Below are positions 27,832-32,000 of a stretch of 32,000 bases of DNA, one piece after another. The stretch spans positions 4,292,195 to 4,324,194 of the forward strand of contig NZ_CP042905.2 of the NCBI RefSeq assembly GCF_008000775.2. Reading direction: 5' to 3'. Numbering within the stretch: the first letter of the stretch is position 1; each line of letters begins with the position of its first letter. The translations under genes were made by a program, and so were the position numbers. Under the pieces are notes generated by a model. It had not been told where the DNA came from. It did not search any database and was given only the letters and a program-made list of their open reading frames with translations. The stretch is from Promethearchaeum syntrophicum. GTDB lineage: Archaea > Asgardarchaeota > Lokiarchaeia > Sigyniarchaeales > Promethearchaeaceae.

Positions 27832-28788
27832 ATGGTCGTTATAGCAGATGGACGGTTTGAACTACCAGAAAGATACTTGTATTCTTCACAACATGTTTTT
27901 TTGGATACAAAAAAAAAGATCGCGGGTCTGGATCAAATAGGATATGCATATTTATCTAACCCCACTGAATTCAAAGTCTTAGTTGAAGAGAAGGTACAAA
28001 TGAATGAACCTATTGCAGTTATTACAACCGATCGTGGAATTACGACACTTTATTCTCCATGTGCGGGAAAAATTAAAACTATAAACCAAGATCCTTTAAA
28101 AAATATGGAATTGGATACTTATACGAAAGGTTTTATCTTGGAATTTGAATCAATTTCTGAAATTGACCCAACACTAATCACTGGAGATAAAATTGAACCT
28201 TGGGCTAATCATGAAGTAAAAACATTACTCAAAAATGAATATTCATTTAAAGTTATCGAAATTGGGGATTCAGCAGCAGGTAAAACCGCAATAAAAGTTA
28301 GATTCACCGATGATTATTTTAAGCAGGATCTAAAAACAACTTTAGGTGTCGATTTCGGATCCAAAGAATTAAAATGTGAATATATAGCAGACGACACATT
28401 ATTTGCAGGGGTGTATCATTTTAATGCAAAATTGAATGTATGGGATGCTGCAGGACAAGCTCACTTCGAAAAAATTCGCGGAATGTATTATAGGGATGCT
28501 AAAGGAGCCCTACTTTGTTTTGATGTTAACAATCCAGTTTCATTTAAGAATTTGGATACTTGGGTTGATGAATTAGATGAAAATGTTGGACGGAAGGTGC
28601 CAGTATTATTAGTGGGCAATAAAATTGACTTAGAACGCCGTGTGAAGGCTAAAGATGCAGAAGATTATGCAGAAAAGCGAGGTTTCATTGGTTATGTGGA
28701 ATGTTCTGCCAAAACAGGCATCGGTATTCAAGAAGCATTTATGAAATTAGCTCTTGCGATTTATAAATATGAAGAAGGTTTAAGTTAA
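27832..28788 (+). CDS. Rab/Ras-like small GTPase with an N-terminal GcvH/lipoyl-like domain
   Basis: G1 'IGDSAAGKT', G2/switch I 'TTLGVDF', G3 'WDAAGQAHF', G4 'VGNKIDL', G5 'ECSAKTG'. N-terminal ~105 aa 'KKIAGLDQIGYAYLSNPTEFKVLVEEKVQMNEPIAVITTDRGITTLYSPCAGKIKTINQDPLKNMELDTYTKGFILEFE' match the GcvH layout. Confidence 0.9.
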   Translation: MVVIADGRFELPERYLYSSQHVFLDTKKKIAGLDQIGYAYLSNPTEFKVLVEEKVQMNEPIAVITTDRGITTLYSPCAGKIKTINQDPLKNMELDTYTKGFILEFESISEIDPTLITGDKIEPWANHEVKTLLKNEYSFKVIEIGDSAAGKTAIKVRFTDDYFKQDLKTTLGVDFGSKELKCEYIADDTLFAGVYHFNAKLNVWDAAGQAHFEKIRGMYYRDAKGALLCFDVNNPVSFKNLDTWVDELDENVGRKVPVLLVGNKIDLERRVKAKDAEDYAEKRGFIGYVECSAKTGIGIQEAFMKLALAIYKYEEGLS

Positions 28789-28793
28789 ATTCA

Positions 28794-29924
28794 TTAAGCT
28801 TTTTTTTTATGGGAACGAATAAGCCCTTTAATTAGAGAAATTCTTAGTAAAGCAGTAGATAAGATAAAAGACTGAAATATGGGTGCTAGTGGTGTAAAAT
28901 TGGATTCAAAATTAACCACAGAAATCCTAGGTTCATCTTGAAAATTCTTTATTAAATGAGTATTATTACTAATTAATGCCATGCTTCCAGCGCGATTTAG
29001 GATTAGATCTACTAGACGGGGAAGCGTATCTTTTTCAGTTTCTCCTGGTTCAAAAGCTCCAATCATAATGCATTTTATTTTTGTATTAATTGCTTTTCTT
29101 TCAAAAATTTGAAAGGGTCCATGAAAAAAGAGACCTAAAGATATCCCTTCACACATTGAACCGATAAAACTGTTTGCGTTAAGTGCTAATAATTTGCAGG
29201 AAGATTCGCTTACAGGATCTCGAGAAATTAAATATACAATTTTAAAATCTTGACCTAAGAAATCAACTAAAATCTTTGTTTGTGTAGGTTCAACTTTTCT
29301 ATATTCTTTTAATTCCGATATAAATTTCATAATTTTACTATGGATGTCTTCGGAAATTGGATCTTTTCCAAGTAATATCTGTGAAATGAAATAAAGGACT
29401 ACAATTGTATGCGGAAAAGATTTTGATGACAAAACTATTTCAGAATCAAGATATATAGGAAGATTTATTCCACAATAGGAAGAAATGGGTGATTTTTTAT
29501 TATTTGTTACTAACCATATAAGGTTTGGATCTATGTTTAGTATGTGTAATTGCTCAATTGCATTTTTTAATAAACGAGATTTACCAGATGTGGAAATAAA
29601 GATATACAGGGTGCTTGTATCATATTCCTTAGGAAGAAAATAATCATAAAATTCGGTCATTTCAATATTCTGCCACGTAAAAGAGACACTTTCCTTGTCA
29701 TTCATTAAAAGATATTTTGGAATTTCAGAGGCGAAAAAATTGAATGTATTTCCAATAAACACAACATGAGAGAACTGTAATGTTGATAGAATTTCTTGAA
29801 TATGGTTAATAATTTCCTTTCCTTCTTTATAAAAATAGTTATCAACACATTTTTCAAGTGATTCTGGTAAGGATAAAAATTCCTCGCGAATGTCTTCATA
29901 AAAAAAAGGCCATTTTTCAGTCAT
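28794..29924 (-). CDS. SIS-domain protein (sugar-phosphate isomerase/GlmS isomerase-domain-like)
   Basis: 'SFTWQNIEMTEFYDYF...TLYIFISTSGKSRLLKNAIEQL...LIWLVTNNKKSPIS...', 'LGFLGQDFKIVYLISRDPVSESSCKLLALNANSF'-type second SIS half. No N-terminal glutaminase domain. Confidence 0.75.
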   Translation of the reverse strand: MTEKWPFFYEDIREEFLSLPESLEKCVDNYFYKEGKEIINHIQEILSTLQFSHVVFIGNTFNFFASEIPKYLLMNDKESVSFTWQNIEMTEFYDYFLPKEYDTSTLYIFISTSGKSRLLKNAIEQLHILNIDPNLIWLVTNNKKSPISSYCGINLPIYLDSEIVLSSKSFPHTIVVLYFISQILLGKDPISEDIHSKIMKFISELKEYRKVEPTQTKILVDFLGQDFKIVYLISRDPVSESSCKLLALNANSFIGSMCEGISLGLFFHGPFQIFERKAINTKIKCIMIGAFEPGETEKDTLPRLVDLILNRAGSMALISNNTHLIKNFQDEPRISVVNFESNFTPLAPIFQSFILSTALLRISLIKGLIRSHKKKA

Positions 29925-31003
29925 TATTCAATAACACCTCTTCGCAATGCTTGATCTAATAACAGAAATTGAACTAATAATATTTCAAAAATTGGTGCTA
30001 GATATGAATTAGTTGTCGTATGTTCGAAAACCCAAACATTAGGATTTGCCCTACCTAACGATGATAATTGTCTGCTATTATTTATTAATACTACTTTTCC
30101 TGAACCTAATTTTTTAGTAATCATATCAATTAATCGTAGTGTATCTTCAATGCTTGAATTATCACTAATGACTAAAATACAACGGAAGGAATCATCAACT
30201 AATTGAAAAGGTCCATGTAAAAATAACCCAATATTAAAACCTTGACCAAAAAGACGTACATATGATTTAGAATTTAAAGCGCCTTGATAAGCAGTAGAAA
30301 GGCTTGCACCTTTAGATATAAAATATAAATTGTTATAATCTACTCCCAAAAAATCGTTAATTGATTTTAGATGAAATGCCCAATCGGTGCAATAAAATTT
30401 AGTTTCAAAAATTAGATTTCTTATCTCTTCTTCTACTTTTGGGGAAATAGGTTCCTCTTTCATGAATACCCGAGCAATTAAATATAGGATAAGAATGGTA
30501 GTAATATAAGAAATTGAGCCGATTACCTGTTGTGAACCCGACATCATAGGAAAATGAAAATGACTGTTTTTTGCTAAAAATGATTCAGGATTATTGGATA
30601 CGCCACATATTTGCTCAGCAGTAATATTCTTTTGTAGCAATTTTTCAATAGATTGTTTGATTTGTATTGATTCTCCAGATTCTGATATAAAAACAAATAA
30701 ACAATTTTTACAAAGTTGACTAGCATTAAAGTAATTTAAAAAATCTTCCACTTCATAATGTGCACAAAAAAATTCACTTGGATTTAGTTTTTTGGTTATA
30801 TAATAATAAGGAATGATTGAAGCGAAGTAATTATATGTATGACCAACAAAGATTATTCTTTGAAAACCTTTAGATTCGATATGTTGCCCCAATTTTTTAA
30901 GTAAGCCCTCTCCTTCTGCAAGGTAATAACGAAGACATCTTAAAAGTGCTTTAGGGATTGAAAGAAAATCTTCCAGGATAGCGTCAAATCTGAGTTTGGT
31001 CAT
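29924..31003 (-). CDS. SIS-domain protein, tandem paralogue of the downstream gene
   Basis: 'FCAHYEVEDFLNYF...CLFVFISESGESIQIKQSIEKLLQ...ICGVSNNPESFLAKNSHFHF'. Parallel architecture to 28794-29924, and the stop overlaps the next start (TAATG). Confidence 0.75.
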   Translation of the reverse strand: MTKLRFDAILEDFLSIPKALLRCLRYYLAEGEGLLKKLGQHIESKGFQRIIFVGHTYNYFASIIPYYYITKKLNPSEFFCAHYEVEDFLNYFNASQLCKNCLFVFISESGESIQIKQSIEKLLQKNITAEQICGVSNNPESFLAKNSHFHFPMMSGSQQVIGSISYITTILILYLIARVFMKEEPISPKVEEEIRNLIFETKFYCTDWAFHLKSINDFLGVDYNNLYFISKGASLSTAYQGALNSKSYVRLFGQGFNIGLFLHGPFQLVDDSFRCILVISDNSSIEDTLRLIDMITKKLGSGKVVLINNSRQLSSLGRANPNVWVFEHTTTNSYLAPIFEILLVQFLLLDQALRRGVIE

Positions 31004-31121
31004 TTGAATTCGATTAATCTTAATTTGTAATTAGTTTGTAATTAGTTGTTAAATATTTTTTTCCACTGAATTATTGTAATATAAAAATAGATTTGAAAAC
31101 CTTTGATGATAATAAAATATT

Positions 31122-31970
31122 ATGTTTAGAAAAAAAAAGGAAAAAAAAAAAGAAATCATCGATGAGAAAAATGGCAAAGCGAAAAGCAAATCGTTTATTT
31201 ATCGTTTATTTTCAATTGTTTCCTATGTCATTTTGCTTGGAATTGGATTAATCGTAGGTTATTTCGTAAAAATTCCTATTGAAATCTCGTACGCGATATT
31301 ATTTATTTTTGGAATTTTAGCTGTCGCATTAAATTTAGATGAGAATAAAATGCATTGGTTAAAGCAAATTCCGTTACTACGCCATCATTTTTCTTTAATG
31401 AATAGAATTAATAAAAAAATCGGAGAATCTGCAAAAGCGGGAACTTTAAAAGAAGCATTTAAATTTTTAATTGGAATGTTCATGCTAATCCTTTATCTCT
31501 TTTTATTCAATATCTTCATAATTCTTATTCGTTTAATTCTCTCAATTGGAATTCCCGATACAGATCCATTAAGATTTGTTGAAGCCTTTATCACTTTGAT
31601 TGGGGCGGGAATAACTGCCTATGTTGTATGGCTTATTGCATTTTATAAAGAAATAAAAATGTTAAAGAAGAGGGAAGTAGGATCTTTAAAAAAAAAAATA
31701 ATGAAGAAAGTGAAATCTGGTTTGGGATTTGTAAATATCTATTTAAAACTTATTCCTTTGTCTCTAGCTTATTTGGTATGGATAACCGGAGAAATTTTAT
31801 TCATGTTAGGGAGTAACTTAGCAGGAATTGCATTAATTGTATATATCTTAGGAGGAACGTTATATGGACTCTTAATAATATGTATAATTTGCATTATATT
31901 TCTTACTAAGGCACCTAAATTAACAGACGAATCAACAATAGAAATAAATTCAAAGGAAGAGCATAATTAA
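31122..31970 (+). CDS. Hypothetical multi-TM membrane protein
   Basis: 282-aa ORF with a lysine-rich N-terminus and roughly six hydrophobic spans. No family recognised. Confidence 0.65.
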   Translation: MFRKKKEKKKEIIDEKNGKAKSKSFIYRLFSIVSYVILLGIGLIVGYFVKIPIEISYAILFIFGILAVALNLDENKMHWLKQIPLLRHHFSLMNRINKKIGESAKAGTLKEAFKFLIGMFMLILYLFLFNIFIILIRLILSIGIPDTDPLRFVEAFITLIGAGITAYVVWLIAFYKEIKMLKKREVGSLKKKIMKKVKSGLGFVNIYLKLIPLSLAYLVWITGEILFMLGSNLAGIALIVYILGGTLYGLLIICIICIIFLTKAPKLTDESTIEINSKEEHN

Positions 31971-32000
31971 TCTGTTAATAATTGCGAGATAAATAATTCA

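Noticed and set aside
31122-31165. Poly-A runs at the start of the last membrane-protein ORF as a programmed frameshift site
   Set aside because: The runs simply encode a Lys-rich N-terminus in frame (FRKKKEKKKE), and no alternative downstream frame is extended by slippage.
1-32000. CRISPR array, transposon or prophage
   Set aside because: I looked for regularly spaced direct repeats, terminal inverted repeats, and transposase or integrase motifs on both strands and saw none. The only defence-like gene is the orphan methyltransferase, so I do not call a defence island.

Overview
This is an AT-rich, gene-dense archaeal chromosomal segment. It probably comes from an Asgard (Loki-type) lineage, judging by the Rab/Ras-like GTPase, TFB, SMC/ScpAB, SepF and RtcB gene mix; that assignment is inference from gene content only. 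I saw no CRISPR array, transposase, prophage module or rRNA. Recognisable content, left to right: a 1176-aa membrane protein with HEAT-like repeats; malQ; a chromosome-maintenance/cell-division block (a degenerate AAA+-like protein, SMC, ScpA-like kleisin, ScpB-like wHTH protein, SepF-like protein); a cold-shock-domain protein; an alpha/beta hydrolase; an orphan Eco57I-like DNA methyltransferase; a 4-TM protein with a possible gelsolin-like N-terminus; TFB; a YdjM-like membrane protein; tRNA-Thr(CGU); M18 aminopeptidase; RtcB; GTP cyclohydrolase II; a tRNA-Leu(GAG) with an extra 30 nt in its D-loop; an APC transporter; an ASCH-domain protein; a six-module CxxC...HxC protein; a GcvH-like/Ras-like fusion GTPase; two tandem SIS-domain proteins; and a membrane protein. 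The observations most worth following are: (1) the pseudo-AAA+/SMC/ScpA/ScpB/SepF neighbourhood, with non-canonical SMC Q-loop and H-loop residues; (2) the GcvH-like domain lacking the lipoyl lysine fused to a Rab-like GTPase; (3) the interrupted tRNA-Leu; (4) the atypical TFB zinc ribbon; and (5) a possible C/D-box-like RNA in the 27.54-27.83 kb gap. All family calls come from motif recognition by eye, with no database search.
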